Shown: one piece after another, positions 10,622-30,926 of the stretch
How positions within the stretch are numbered: the first letter of the stretch is position 1
How the letters are laid out: every line of letters begins with the position of its first letter
Origin: Eledone cirrhosa
Taxonomy: Eukaryota
Reading direction: 5' to 3'
DNA length: 64,000 nucleotides
NCBI GenBank assembly: GCA_964016885.1
Contig: OZ024740.1
Coordinates: forward strand, 281,914,001-281,978,000
Notes under the pieces: model-generated
What the model saw: only the letters and a program-made list of their open reading frames with translations
The model's database searches: none
Told to the model about the DNA's origin: nothing
Program-made: the position numbers and the translations under genes

Positions 10622-13600
10622 TCATCATCATCATCAACGTTTAACGTCCGTGTTCCACGCTTGCATGGGTTTGGACGGGGGTAGTCCCACTTGAGGCAAG
10701 AGTGATTGTCTTGCTCGCATAGGACTGTCTGGCAGGTTTTCTACAGTTGGATGCCCTTCCTAACACCAACCACATTTACAGTGTGGGTCTGGGAGGTTTT
10801 TACCGTGTTGCCTACACGGCCACATTACAGCGTGGACTGTGTGTTTTTTTTGTCGTGACACCTACACGATCTCATTTGTTTCGGCCTGGATGGCGCGGCA
10901 CCAACATAACTTTACATAGAACGGGGTGGTGTGGATGGGGTGGGGGTGGTGGTGGTGGGACGGGGTTTATTTTGTTAGAGATGCCTACTGGCTGGAGTAG
11001 GTTTTACTATATATTTAGGTAAGGCGGGTCTTCTCTGTTACTGAGTACCGCCAAAGGTCTCGGTCCAGTGACATTGTCTTGGAGAGGTGTAAGTGTGTGA
11101 TGTCGGAGTTTATCAGCTCGTCCCAGGTTTTTCTAGGTCTGCCTATTCCGTGACTACCGTCTATCTTTATTGCCCTGCACTTTGTTATACAGCTATCGAC
11201 TTTCATGCGCATCACGTGTCCATACCAACGTAGCCTTCTCTCGAGTAAACAACATCTGATCCCTCTTATCTCTAATTTTTTCCTTAGTTCGTTTATGCTT
11301 TGCCGTTCACGTATATTACTGTTACACATCCAGCGGAGCATGCAAGCTTCGTTCCTCTCTAGTCTGCGTATATCCTCTGCACACAATGCCCAGGTCTCAC
11401 TGCCATGCAACATTGCTGTTCGTATGCAGGCATCGTACAACCTGCCTTTCATTTTTAGGGAGAACCCTTTAGCAGCTAATAGTGGTATAAGCTCTCTGAA
11501 CTTTTTCCAACCAGTTCTGACTCTAGCTACAGTACTTTCAGAGCACCCTCCCCCACTGCTGATTTTATCGCCCAGGTAACGGAAGCTGTCCACTATTTCT
11601 ATAGAACCCTCTGCGCAATTGAAAGAGCTAGTATTTGTGGGCACTTGCTGCTACTTATTGCACCAGAACACCGGCCACATGTAAAATCTATGTTCTTAGT
11701 AAGCTTACCTGTGATCCCACTACATCTTTTATGCACCCATACTTTGCATTTAGGATATAAAATGGAGTTTCTACCTACGCCTTTCCTACACACCGAGCAT
11801 GACCATTTCCCAGAAGGGACCGCCGCCTTGTTTTCTTTCCTACAAACTAGAACTTTGGTCTTAGCCAGGTTAATTTGAAGTCCTTTTGACTCTAGGCCGT
11901 GCTTCCATGTTTGGAATTTCTTCTCTAGCTCGGCCATTGATTCCGCTATGAGTGTCAGGTCGTCTGCGTATAGGAGTTCCCATGGGCAGCCTGTCTTGAA
12001 CTCCTCTGTTATAGCCTGAAGGGCAATAATAAATAGTAGGGGGCTGAGAACAGAGCCCTGATGGACGCCAACTTTTACGCTAAACTCTTCACTATATTCG
12101 TTGTTAATTCTAACCTTGCTGACTGTTTCTTTATACATGGCTTGTATAGCCCTCACAAGCCATTCGTCAACGCCTGGTTTTCTAAGAGCCCACCAGATAA
12201 TGGAGCGGGGGACTCTGTCGAAGGCTTTCTCCAAGTCGACAAAAGCTAAGTAGAGGGGTTTACCTTTAGCTAGGTACTTCTCCTGTAGTTGTCGTACTAT
12301 GAAAAGAGCGTCTGTGGTACTTTTGCCTGACACAAACCCGAACTGCATTTCATCTAGGTCAATTCTCTCTCTGATTAGTTGCGCTATTACTTTTTCCGTG
12401 ACCTTCATGACCTGGTCGATTAATTTAATGCCTCTATAGTTACTCCTATCTAGGGCGTCTCCTTTACCCTTATAACAGTTAACGATGATGCTGCTATGCC
12501 AGTCCTTCGGAACAACCCCATTCTGTACGACTTGGTTAACTATGCGGGTGACCATGGTGTGTCCCACCGTGCCAGATGCCTTCAGCATCTCAGCAACTAT
12601 TTCCGAAGGCCCAGCCGCCTTACCCGTCTTCATATCCTTGATTGCCTTACTTATTATACTCCCCTCGACTAACACTGCTGGTCCCTCTATTGGGTCGATA
12701 TGGGGGAGACTGTCTTTCTCCCATTTATTCTCCTCATTTAGTAGCCTTTCATAGTGACACTTCCAAGCTACCTTCTTATCAGTGTCGGTGATGGCAAGTA
12801 TGCCATCATCGTTAAGTACACACTTCTCCCCGACAATATCACGGTTTTCCTTGACGCATTGCCTAGCAATCCTGAACACCTCACGTTTTTGGTCATCGCG
12901 TTGTAGAACATGCTTGAACTTTCTTTCCTCAGCTTCCCTTCTTGCTAAGTACACTTCTCTCCTAGCTTCCCTCCTGGCCACTTGATAGTCTACTCTACTT
13001 CCCCCATCCCGCCATACTTTCCAAGCCTCCATTTTGGCCTTAATTGACCCCTCCACCTTACTGTTCCACCACCATGTTACTCTCCTCCTGCCTACAGGCC
13101 TGCTCCAGCCACAGACTTCGTCTGTCGCCAACAGCAGGTTTGCTTTCAGAAATTCCCACTGTCCCTCTATATTGTCCGACTCTAAATGTTCTTCCTTACT
13201 GTCGAAAGCATCAAGTAATATGCTTTGAAATTTATTTCTGGCTGTGGGGTCCTTTAGCTTCCATATTTTTCTCCTGAGGATAGTCCTCTTCTGCTGTCGA
13301 GTACGTCTCGTCCTGACTATGAGGTCGCTAATTATCAGTCTATGTTGGGAGGTGCATTCTTCATGGGGGAGGGATTTAGTGTTTACAACAGACACTCTGT
13401 CACGTCTTCTGGTAAGGATATAATCTACCTGGCTTGTGTGTTCCCCGGATTGTCACGTTTTTTGAAGTTAGTGTTACAGATAGTTAGGTTATTTGCATCA
13501 CAGAATTCCAGGATTCTGGAGCCTTCCTCATTTCTAGTACCAAACCCATAGCCTCCATGGATTTTGTCGTAGCCGTCACAATGTTGTCCAACGTGACCAT

Positions 13601-14241
13601 TTAGATCGCCTGCAATAATTATATAGTCACTGTCAGATATTTGGGAGGTAGTTAGCAACAGTGTCTCATAGAATCTGTCTTTTATAGTGCCGGGCAGTCC
13701 GGATTGGGGTGCGTACGCAGATATTACTGTCACCGTAGTTCTATTGAGGACAAGTCGTATTTTAATTATTCTGTCGTTCACTCTATTTACGTCTATTATC
13801 TTATCTGCCCACTTTTCTGCTACCATGATTCCTACTCCACCCAGCCCATCGTTGTTTCCCACCCAGAAAAGCTTATAACATCGTTTTTTACCCTCAATGA
13901 ATCTAGCAGACCCACCCCTCCACCTGGTCTCTTGAATACAACAAACATCGACCTCCTTACGTTCAAGCATTTCTACAACCTCGTTAGCGCGACCCTTTAG
14001 GGTGCCTACATTTATGGTACCAACTCTGAAGTTTTGGATTGCGTTTGGAGGGTGGGGGCGGTGGGGGGCGGGGGGAGATGGGGTTATGTTAGCCATCCGC
14101 GGACGAAACAAAGAGGAGTGCTCGCATTCTCGTCCACGAGGTGAATTTGACTTTAACTTTGGCATTTTTGCTCTGAGCGTCCAGATTTTTCTCTCCCTTC
14201 CACTCTCCAGGATTCCGCAGTCCGTCCGTCCATCCATCCAT
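10622..14241 (-). mobile_element. Near-full-length RTE-clade LINE (APE endonuclease + RT), frameshifted
   Basis: APE motifs ([35 protein letters not shown]), RT motifs (FVDLEKAFD, GVHQGSVLSP, YADD), 3'UTR with (GAT)n tail. Confidence 0.96.
11015..14096 (-). pseudogene. RTE ORF broken by a small deletion/frameshift near 13452 and a frameshift near 11640
   Basis: Three ORF-track pieces (13425-15203 C-terminal part, 11599-13395, 11015-11644) join into one EN-RT polyprotein; the start codon is uncertain. Confidence 0.88.
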
Positions 14242-14247
14242 GTATAG

Positions 14248-14280
<33 letters not shown>

Positions 14281-14292
14281 TGTATATATATA

Positions 14293-14347
14293 CCGTCCAA
14301 ACCCATGCAAGCGTGGAACACGGACGTTAAACGTTGATGATGATGAT
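14293..14347 (+). repeat. 55-bp exact inverted copy of the RTE 3' terminus
   Basis: ccgtccaaacccatgcaagcgtggaacacggacgttaaacgttgatgatgatgat is the reverse complement of 10624-10678. Confidence 0.93.
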
Positions 14348-19942
<5,595 letters not shown>

Positions 19943-19944
19943 TT

Positions 19945-20526
19945 GCATGTCAGGTCACCACTTGATGCTACTGGTAACATGTATCCCAGTACAAACTGGC
20001 AACCCCACCAAGGTTTCTTGGTGAGGAGGGTGACTTTGGACATCCTGCAGGACTAAAAACAAAACCTGTCAAAGGGCAAAGGTGCTCTTAAGAGTCAATG
20101 GCCATCCAAAATCACTGGGAGAGATGACCCCTTAGCCTTTGTCAAGGCAGAATTCTAGGAGAAGGAAAACTCTAATATAACACCTGCAACCCTGATGGTA
20201 TCCAATGATGTTGACTTGTTCTTCTTTTTGGTAAATATCATCTTGGTTAAGAGAGTGGGACTGGCTTTGTGCAGTGCCTTTGCTCACTATAAAAGCTTCA
20301 CGGCACAGGCATTGCTTTATATCTGGAGATCTCTCTGCACTTGTCGTCACATGGTACCAAAGGCAAAGCACTATGTGTCAATAATTGTCACAAGTGTAGT
20401 GTTTGTACCAGAGTTTTCAAGTCGCTGGCTGGACTAAAAAGTCACACTCGTTCAGCGCATCGGTAGGGGTTCTCCTACATGGATATAAAGTAGTGGCCGT
20501 ACTCGAAAACGAGTTGGCAGCCACCA
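19945..20526 (+). mobile_element. Internally deleted RTE(BovB-like) element: 5'UTR-like part + C2H2 ORF end + 3'UTR
   Basis: aggagaaggaaaactct 5'UTR-like motif; [23 protein letters not shown] at ~20395-20466; ctcg-aaaa-cgag hairpin then (TA)n. Confidence 0.62.
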
Positions 20527-20540
20527 TATATATATATATG

Positions 20541-20589
<49 letters not shown>

Positions 20590-20630
20590 GTATATATATA
20601 TATGTATATATATATATATGTATATATATG

Positions 20631-20693
<63 letters not shown>

Positions 20694-20940
20694 GTATATG
20701 TATATATATATGTATATATATATATATGTATATATATATATGTATATATATATATATGTATATATATATATGTATATATATATATATGTATATATATATA
20801 TGTATATATATATATATGTATATATATATATGTATATATATGTATATATATATATATGTATATATATATATGTATATATATGTATATATATATATATGTA
20901 TATATATATATGTATATATATATATGTATATATATATATG

Positions 20941-20991
<51 letters not shown>

Positions 20992-21084
20992 GTATATATA
21001 TATATATGTATATATGTATGTATATATATATATATATGTATATATGTATATATATATATGTATATATGTATATATATGTATTTG

Positions 21085-21115
<31 letters not shown>

Positions 21116-21122
21116 GTATTTG

Positions 21123-21153
<31 letters not shown>

Positions 21154-21325
21154 GTATTTGTATATATATATATATATGTATATATATATGTATATGTATA
21201 TATATATGTATGTATATATGTATGTATATATATATGTATATGTATATATATATGTATGTATATATGTATGTATATATATATGTATATATATATGTATATA
21301 TGTATATATATATATATATGTATAT
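20527..21325. repeat. (TA)n/(TATG) microsatellite array
   Basis: directly visible. Confidence 0.97.
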
Positions 21326-21689
21326 TTATTAAAATAACAGATTAAAGTTTAAGCAAAGAATCGCTGCTTTCACCCTTAACGGGATCTTCTGAAACTAACA
21401 AAGTCAATCTGTAAACGCAGAACTGGATATTTCAAAAAACGTTGCAACCGGAGGAAGACAGGAAGAATGTATATTTCTAAATTGGCTGACAAAATGTTTT
21501 CCAAAGTTTAGGGTGTGATGGTCTACGTTCGTTTAAATTTTTCGATAATTTCTTGCGTCGATTTGAACGAATCACAAGAGTTTTTTACTGTGACATATGT
21601 ATGACCATGTCAACACTTCTGCTTGGTGTTTTTTACCACACCCTCCCCCCCCTAAAAAAAAAACTACCATCAGGACACAGCTTTGCGAT

Positions 21690-24006
21690 ATCCTCAGCTG
21701 CTGCTGCCAGGAAAACAGCCACTTATGTGTTTTTTGCAGGTGACTTCAATCATCCTGAGATCGATTGGGAAACCTTTCGTTGGCCACAAAGTGCAAACGA
21801 TTTCCTTGAACTAGTGCTGGACTCAAACTGGTCACAAGTAGTCACCTCTCCAACAAGAGGTGACAACACTTTGGACCTGCTCTTCACCACTGCTCCTGAA
21901 GTGGTTATCAGTTGTACTACTGAGGAACCTCTAAGTGACTCTGATCATACTATGATCATTGCCAATCTGGCTTTTGTGGGCAGCAACAAAAACCAGAACC
22001 ATCTGCAATCTGCTTGCGTTGATTGGAAGAAAGCAGATTGGTACTTGTACTGCACTGAGCTACAGCGCCCAAACTGGCATCAGTTCTATAACTCTGGAGA
22101 TGTGCACATTATACTCCAGAGCATCCTGGACTCAATATGGATAGCGTGTGCAGCATCAGTGCCACGTAAGCAGAAAAAAACCCACCCCAAAAGTGCAATT
22201 TGGGAAACTTCAGCGGTCCGACTTGCCAGGAAAGAACGTCGGAATGCTGAACGCGTATATAAACTGCATAAATCGGATGCCAACAGGAAAAAGCGGAATA
22301 AATCTTCCAACTATCTCAAGCAAGTGACAAAAAAAGCAGTGCTTGAATTTGAACAGTGCATCGCAACCAATCCTGACAGTAAGGTGTTCTGGAAATATGT
22401 TCATTCAAGCATTTTTACTGTTGAAAACCAGAATTTACCATCTCCACCATCTCTAACATCAACTTCCATAACAACTATGGAATTTACACCTGCAATGCTG
22501 CGACGCCACCTTAAGAATAAGCGCAACTATGCCTCCGCTAGTCTTGATGGTGTTATATACCTGCTTCTCAAACGTGGCGAGTACTTCCTTTTGCACCAGC
22601 TTTCTTTCTTCTTTCAATACTGTCTCAACAATGGTGCTACTCCAGAGCAATGGTAAACTGCCAGTGTCATTCTCCTGTTCAAAAAGGGCGACCGCACGTC
22701 ACCTGTCAACTATTGTCCAGTCAGTCTTACTAGCTGTATTGCCAAACTGATGGAATCCTGTGTCAAAGAAACACTTTGAAACTTCTGGAGCTCTCACAGC
22801 CTCATCCGGCCCTTGCAATTTGGATTTATCCCTAACTCCAGCTACTGTGATCAGCTTATCGAGTTCCTTGAAGACATTACCTGGATCACTGACAGCGGCT
22901 CATGGGTGGATGTTGTTTACCTTGACTTCGCTAAGGCTTTTAATTCTGTGCCACACAAAAGACTTATGGTCAAACTCTCTGCAATGGATGTGAAGGATGA
23001 TCTTTTTAACTGGTTGAAATCCTTCATTCTCAGCCGAAAAGAGGTAGTCACGGTTCTAGGACAGCATTCTTCACCATATGAGATGTCATCTGGTGTACCA
23101 CAGGGATCTGTTCTTGGTCTCCTTTTGTTTGTTGCATACATTAATGACATAGATGCCAACTTAAAGAATGTCACAGTACTGAAATATGCAGATGACATCA
23201 AGCTGTACCTTGAAATCAAAAGGACAGATCCTGAAATCTATAACTCTTTCCTACAATCAGACCTGGACACAATGCAGCAATGGATCACAGACTGGCAACT
23301 GAAGCTGGCTGTGGACAAGTGTGCCACCATGCATTTTGGGGGGAAAAATCCAGTGTCCACATACTCCCTCCACAACACTGATATCAAGAAGTCCTCCTGT
23401 GAACTTGTCCTGGGCATTATTGTCAGCAGCGATTTGCGTTGGACAATGCACATCTCTAAAATTGTCAAGAAGGCTGAGGGTGTCTTGGCATCACTCAGCA
23501 AGACCTTTGTTAGCCGCTCTCCAGCCATCTATTTAAAGCTGTATACAGCTATCGTACGACCACACTTGGAATTCGCATCATCAGTCTGGAACCCCTATCT
23601 TGCTCAGAACATTTACCTCCTGGAAACTGTTCAGAGACGTGCAACCAAGCACCTTTTTGATCTTCATGTGTCTAACACACGTGGACATGCCTACAAAGTC
23701 AGAAAACAGCACAGCGCCCATGACTTTCGGAAACATTTTTTCATGCTTAGAGTTGCTGAAGCATGGAACAAACTGCCTGCGTCAGTTGTTAGCTGTCGAG
23801 ACACTGGATCCTTTAAAACCCTCATACTTCCCGAAATTCACCAAAACTACACCTGATGTGCCCCTTCCATACACATGCACACGTGTATATCATGACTCAT
23901 GCACTGTTCATTTTCCTGACGTTTGTACATTACCCTATGTACTATACATACACTTTTGGTGACTTGTAGCGCACCTGAGCACTGTACACAATATTTCATT
24001 ATTATT
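21690..24006 (+). mobile_element. 5'-truncated, internally deleted CR1-type LINE
   Basis: GDFNHPEIDW, PTRGDNTLDLLFT, SDH (APE C-terminus); YLDFAKAF, GVPQGSVLG, YADD (RT); TRGH..K; stops and deletions; (ATT)n tail. Confidence 0.9.
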
Positions 24007-24195
24007 TGACAGTATCGGTAGAGGGTCGGACGCCATGCTTTCCAGCATAGTTATGTCCCTTTATGATCTGAGTTCAAATCCCGTCGAGGTTAACTTTACC
24101 TTTCAACCTTTACGGGGTCCATAAAATAAAGTACCAGTAATGCACTGGGTAATTGCTGGCCTTGTGCCAAAAGTAGAAACAATTATCATTATTAT
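24007..24195 (+). mobile_element. tRNA-derived SINE family B
   Basis: GAGTTCAAATCC B box, central cctttca.c.ttacggggtc.ataaaataaagtaccag, tail agaaacaattat. Confidence 0.8.
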
Positions 24196-24442
24196 TAATT
24201 CAGTATACTCAAGGATCTATAGAATAAGTAGAATTAATCAAGTGTGTCTGTGTGTCCTTGTAACCATTTATTATAGATGAAAAATCTGATTAGAATTAAT
24301 TAAAAAGCTTCACATTTATTTAGGTGAGGATAGGAGGAATATAATTTTGAAGCTTTCTCCATGTGGACAGTCAAGTATCCATAATTTCAATTAGTAATTG
24401 GTTTAAGTTGTAGGTTTAGATTACTGAGAACTTATTACTAAT

Positions 24443-24658
24443 AATTATTTCTAGTATAGGCACAAGGCCAGTAATTTGGTGGGGAGGGGAAAGTCGATTA
24501 AATCGACCCAGTACGTTACTGGTGCTTTATTTTATCGACCCCGTAAGGATGAAAGGCAGTTAACCTCGGCGAGATTTTAACTCAGATCGTAAAGGACTGT
24601 AACTCTATGCTGCAAAGCATGGTGTCCAACTTTACCGATACTGCCAATCCACCGCCCT
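24443..24658 (-). mobile_element. Full-length SINE family B with TSD
   Basis: gaacttattactaa duplicated on both sides. Confidence 0.85.
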
Positions 24659-24672
24659 GAACTTATTACTAA

Positions 24673-25312
24673 CTAGCAGTGGTACCCGGAGTTGCACGGG
24701 ATAAGGTATTTTGGAATGCGGGCCGCCAACAGACCTAATCATGGAAAAACTGCATGCCTGGACAATATGTAAAGAAAATAAACCGAATACTCTGATGGCT
24801 GGATAATCTTTAAGATTTTCCTCGATGAAGCAGGAAAAATGCAGGCGAATTAGGTGAAACCCTAGGGGATCAAGAAAAGGAATTTTTTTTATGTGCATAA
24901 TATGCCTTGAAATTTCGGGAAAATCGGCTAGACGTAACGCCTCAAAAAAGCCCCAAAAAACTGAAAAAAATGAAGTTTTTCACCTAATGCCGAGTGTTTC
25001 ACCTAGGCCATAAAAAAGTTGGATTTTCTTTGCTCACGTTATGAAGAAGAGACTGACTAATACTGACTAATTTCAAGGAAATCGGTCTGACGTAACGCCT
25101 CAAAAAAACCCTAATAAGCTGAAAAAATGGAGTATTTCACCTAATGCGGGCCCTAAGGGATCAAAGACTTGAATGCATAACACTCCCTGAAACATAAGTA
25201 ATACACATGTAAAGTTTGAAAAAAATTGGTTGGGTACTTCTCGAGTTTTAGGGATTCAAACTCACAGACACACACACAGAGACAGACACATCCTCAGTTT
25301 TATATATATAGA
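24673..25312 (-). mobile_element. Non-autonomous Helitron
   Basis: 5' TCTATATATATAAAA; 3' CCCG..CGGG hairpin followed by CTAG; homologous to the 29.7 and 45.0 kb copies. Confidence 0.85.
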
Positions 25313-25889
25313 CTAGAGAGATAATTTGATAACAATGAAACACGAATCTCTGGAAAACCATATCTTTTAGTGTAATAAATGACTGTCTACCATAACCTGG
25401 CTCTCGGATTGAGTACGCTACCAACTTTTGATATTTATTACGAAATATAGTTGTGTGTGTGTGTGTGTGTGTGTGTGTGACAGAGAGAGAGAGCGTGTGT
25501 GACAGAGAGAGTGTATATATATGTGTATATAGTAATTAGATTATAATCATTTGACAAGTCGCTTCGTCTGAGGTGGTGTACTGCAACTGAAACAATTATG
25601 TCGCGGAAGTCATTAATATACTTGTTTTGTCGAAATCTTTCGCCTCAAAACCGAAGATATTTTAATGAGTTCTTTGTGTCTATTTTTTTCTTGATGTCTG
25701 GTATTTTTATGTATTTTGTTAACTGTGCGCTATAATTGTGTGGGCGAATATGTGAAAATATGTATTTCTTGTGGTGTTCTGGTGGGATGTGATTACGTAT
25801 CTATTATTGTGTTAAGGATTATGGTGTATATATTGGTGAACGTTCATCGTGATTGTGCGTGTATTTTCTTATGTGCGTTTTTGATTTAT

Positions 25890-27118
<1,229 letters not shown>

Positions 27119-27177
27119 TAAATGTGATGATACATAATAAAATAAGCTAAAGCTGAATATTAGGAGGATATTGAGTT

Positions 27178-27676
27178 ACTATATATTCTAACGCACAAGT
27201 TAATTCGGCGCTTAGGTCGACCCCTAAAAATCTGAGGAGCAATTCAGGTTTAGGCCTATATTCGCCAGGTAAGACGACGCCCAAAATATAAGGCAGTTGC
27301 AGGGGAAATAATTCAAAAAATTTACTGCCGCACTAAAGGCTAAGACACTTCTAAAACACTAGTCGAAGGGGAATTCTAACTTACTGAGTAAACCAGCCTA
27401 GCCTAACCTTAACAAACCTATGGTAACCTACCCTATGAGCTACAGCAAGTCTTAATAAATATGCAAGACATAACAAATATGAGATTCAGTAGGAAATAAG
27501 TGTAGTGGGCTACTAGAATTATGGTAAGTGGTGTATGAGTGTTACACAGGCAGTTTCACTGTTTACCCCTCATTGGTAAAGGTTCACATTTTATATTCGG
27601 CGGACAAGTTGACTCCTGACTTTGGAGAGATATTTTTAGGCTCCAAATGTCGACTTGTATGCCGGTATATACAGTA
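27178..27676. mobile_element. Degenerate Tc1/mariner (pogo/Tigger-like) MITE
   Basis: Imperfect TIRs tactatatattct..cgcacaagt / acttgtatgccggtatatacagta. Confidence 0.45.
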
Positions 27677-29687
27677 GATCAAATAGATGTTTAGCATTAA
27701 TTTAAGACACCAAATCTCAACCTTTTTACCATTGTGGAACTGTTGAAATAGTTTTCATATAGCTGGGAACCACTATATAGACAAGATAACACAGACTTTA
27801 AAAAAATATGACATTTTTTTGTCACACTTATATGTAAAAATATAATATATATAGTTTTTTTTGTTGTTGTTTGTATGTGTGTATTTTAGTGGCAGCATAG
27901 CAATGGGTAACAACCTAGTTTTAAATAATATAAGAGGTTGAAGTCTTTATTATAATAACCAAGGATTTTCTGACAATATACAGTACATGTATAGTAAAAT
28001 TGTGACTATAAAATTAAACAAAAGTTACTTAAAAATACATTAGCTTATATATCAGTTTCTCACAGAACCCTAGGGTTCTGGGCAACACCAGTTGAGAAAT
28101 GCTGATCTAAGAGATTGATTGAAATGTTAGAAAATGAAGGTATTTTTTATATAGACAGATAGAATCAGTATGAATACTAGAAGTCAGTTTTTAGTGAACA
28201 GAAGTATATAAAGAAAAACTAAACATTGGAATGCAAAGATTGTTTCCACTCCTTTAAATTATGCTTGCATAAAAAAAGCATCTTAGGCATCTCATTCATA
28301 GACCACATCTGGATTTATGTTGACCACATCTGGATTTATGTTAACCTCACAATAGTGAAGTGAAGAAAGCTGAAATGTGGCTTTGTAACAAGATCCAATG
28401 ACATTGCATGGATGAGTTTACAAGGAACTGTGGAAGGGGAGAGGAAGAGGAACAGATAGAGAAAAAGATAAACAGAGAATATCAAAGAGCAGATAGGCAA
28501 GTCCTTAGCAGAGACCTAAGATCTAGCATGTAACTGTGACAGAGGTGACTGGTACTCAGCATGTCATAGCAATACCCCTGTGACAACATCAGGGTTTGAG
28601 GGCCCAAGCAAGCATAAAATGTAAAACAAATAAAATTATACTGTGGAAAATGCATAGATATCAAAATTTAATTTAGAACTGATTAGATTCCTCAGGTTTT
28701 ATAAAATAAATAGAAGTAAGGTTCTTTTAAGAGATTTTTCTTTTATATAGCAGTTAAATACCTAATTTACACATGCAGCATTTGGGTTTAACCTGAAGAT
28801 TGTGTTCTACCATTCTTTTTCTCTTCTATCAGTATTGTTACACTCAATTATTTGTGTTAATACTTTATTTAGTTTATGCCCTTGTAAAAATGACCACTGG
28901 TTATGTTGCCCTTACTGTGATAAAATTGATTTAGACAGATTGTATCCTTTGCACTAGAATAGCCATAGTTGTGATTATATATTTCTAGTGTAAATGCGGT
29001 TGGTGTTAAAAAGGGCATCCAGCTGTAAAATACCCAGCCAAATTTACAGTCCTCACCGTAGCAAGGTGTGACATGGCCAACTCTGACCAGACTTGCCTCC
29101 TGGTGTGGACGACCAGTCTAACCCATGCACGCATGGGAGAATGGATGCTAAATGGTGAAGATGATGATGATGGTGGTCAGCATTTGCTTAATTAGTAGTA
29201 GAAGGTTGATTTCCTTCAGCTTTTGCTGGTAGGACAGGTCTTTTGAGCAGTGGATCAGTTTTGTTGCTCTATGTCTGTGGTGGGGGAAACCTTTTCAATT
29301 TGAAGAGCCATTTTTAGCTAAAACAACAAAAAAAATAATGATTGAGACTGTCAGAGCTTCAGAATTTATTATAGACAAAAGTGCTTTTCTTACTCAATGG
29401 TATTTTTGGCTTCAAATCTTATCTGAAATTGCTTCCATGTGCAGGTTATACGCCATGGCTTTTCTTTAAATACAAAGTTACTGAATTGATAACATAAAAA
29501 AAAAAATATTTCAGAGAAGAGCCAGTCCAAATAGGTTAAAGAGCCACTGCAGCTCCTAAGCTGCAAAAGCCTGACCTCCTGCTCTATGCACAACTGTTTT
29601 GGTGAATAGATGTGAATAGAATGAAATAATAGTGATGTATATTATGGCATAACTTTCATGCTAGGAAAATATACCTTTTATAATATA

Positions 29688-30617
29688 CTAGCAGTGGTAC
29701 CCGGCGTTACACGGGATAAGGTATTTTGGAATGTGGGCCGCCAACAGACCTAATCGTGGAAAAACTGCATGCCTGGACAATATGTAAAGAAAATAAACCG
29801 AATACTCTGATGGCTGGATAATCTTTAAGATTTTCCTCGATAAAGCAGGAAAAATGCAGGTTTTCACCTAATGCGGGCCCTAGGGGATCAAGAAAATGAA
29901 TTTTTTCTATGTGCATAATATGCCTTGAAATTTTGGGAAAATCGGCTAGACGTAACGCCTCATAAAAGCCCTAAAAAGCTGAAAAAAATGAAGTTTTTCA
30001 CCTAATGCGGGCCCTAGGCCATAAAAAAGTTGGATTTTCTTTGCTCGCAGTATGAAGAAGAGACTGACTAATACATAGTTACAATTTCAAGGAAATTGGT
30101 CTGACGTAACACCTCAAAAAGCCCCTGAAAACCTGAAAGAATGGAGTTTTTCACCTAATGCGGGCCTTATGGGATCAAAAAGTTGAAGTTTTTTATGTGC
30201 ATAACACTCCCTGAAACATAAGTAATACACATGTAAAATTTGAAAAAAGATGGTTGGGTACTTCTCGAGTTTTAGGGTTTCAAACTCACAGGCACACACA
30301 CACACACATCCTCAGGGAAGTGATGTAATGCAGACAGCCAGACATACAGACAGATATTATAAGGGCGTGACGTTATATGTATGTATCTATCTAAAAATAG
30401 AAAGACTAAGAATTATAGAGAGAGATCGCTAAATCGCCTAATGCGGTCCCTAGGGCATTGAAAATTTGAAATTTTTTTTGCTCAGAAACTCCCTGAAACA
30501 TAAGTATTACATGTGTAAAGTTTGAAAACAGTCGGTTGGGTGCTTCTCGAGTTTTAGGGATTCAAACTCACACACATCACACAGACAGACATCCTCAGTT
30601 TTATATACGTATATAGA
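29688..30617 (-). mobile_element. Non-autonomous Helitron (longest copy)
   Basis: A|TC...hairpin-CTAG|T ends on the minus strand; internal sub-repeats. Confidence 0.88.
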
Positions 30618-30621
30618 TATA

Positions 30622-30722
30622 CAGTGTGTCCCAAAAATATGTATACACACTTTGACAGCATTCTAATAAATATTGCCTGTACTGGTAATCAAAGTGTGTA
30701 TATGTTTTTTAGGGGCATCCTG
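30622..30722. mobile_element. ~100-bp Tc1/mariner MITE
   Basis: Degenerate ~33-bp TIRs, TA flanks. Confidence 0.6.
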
Positions 30723-30776
30723 TATATTTTGGCAAATTCTTATTGATTTATTCTGTTCTGAAACAATTAATATTGA

Positions 30777-30926
<150 letters not shown>

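Noticed and set aside
21360-21405. Minus-strand hammerhead-like cagaaga-tccc..ggg-tgaaa
   Set aside because: Core is mutated (CAGA instead of CUGA) and stems I/III are not convincing.
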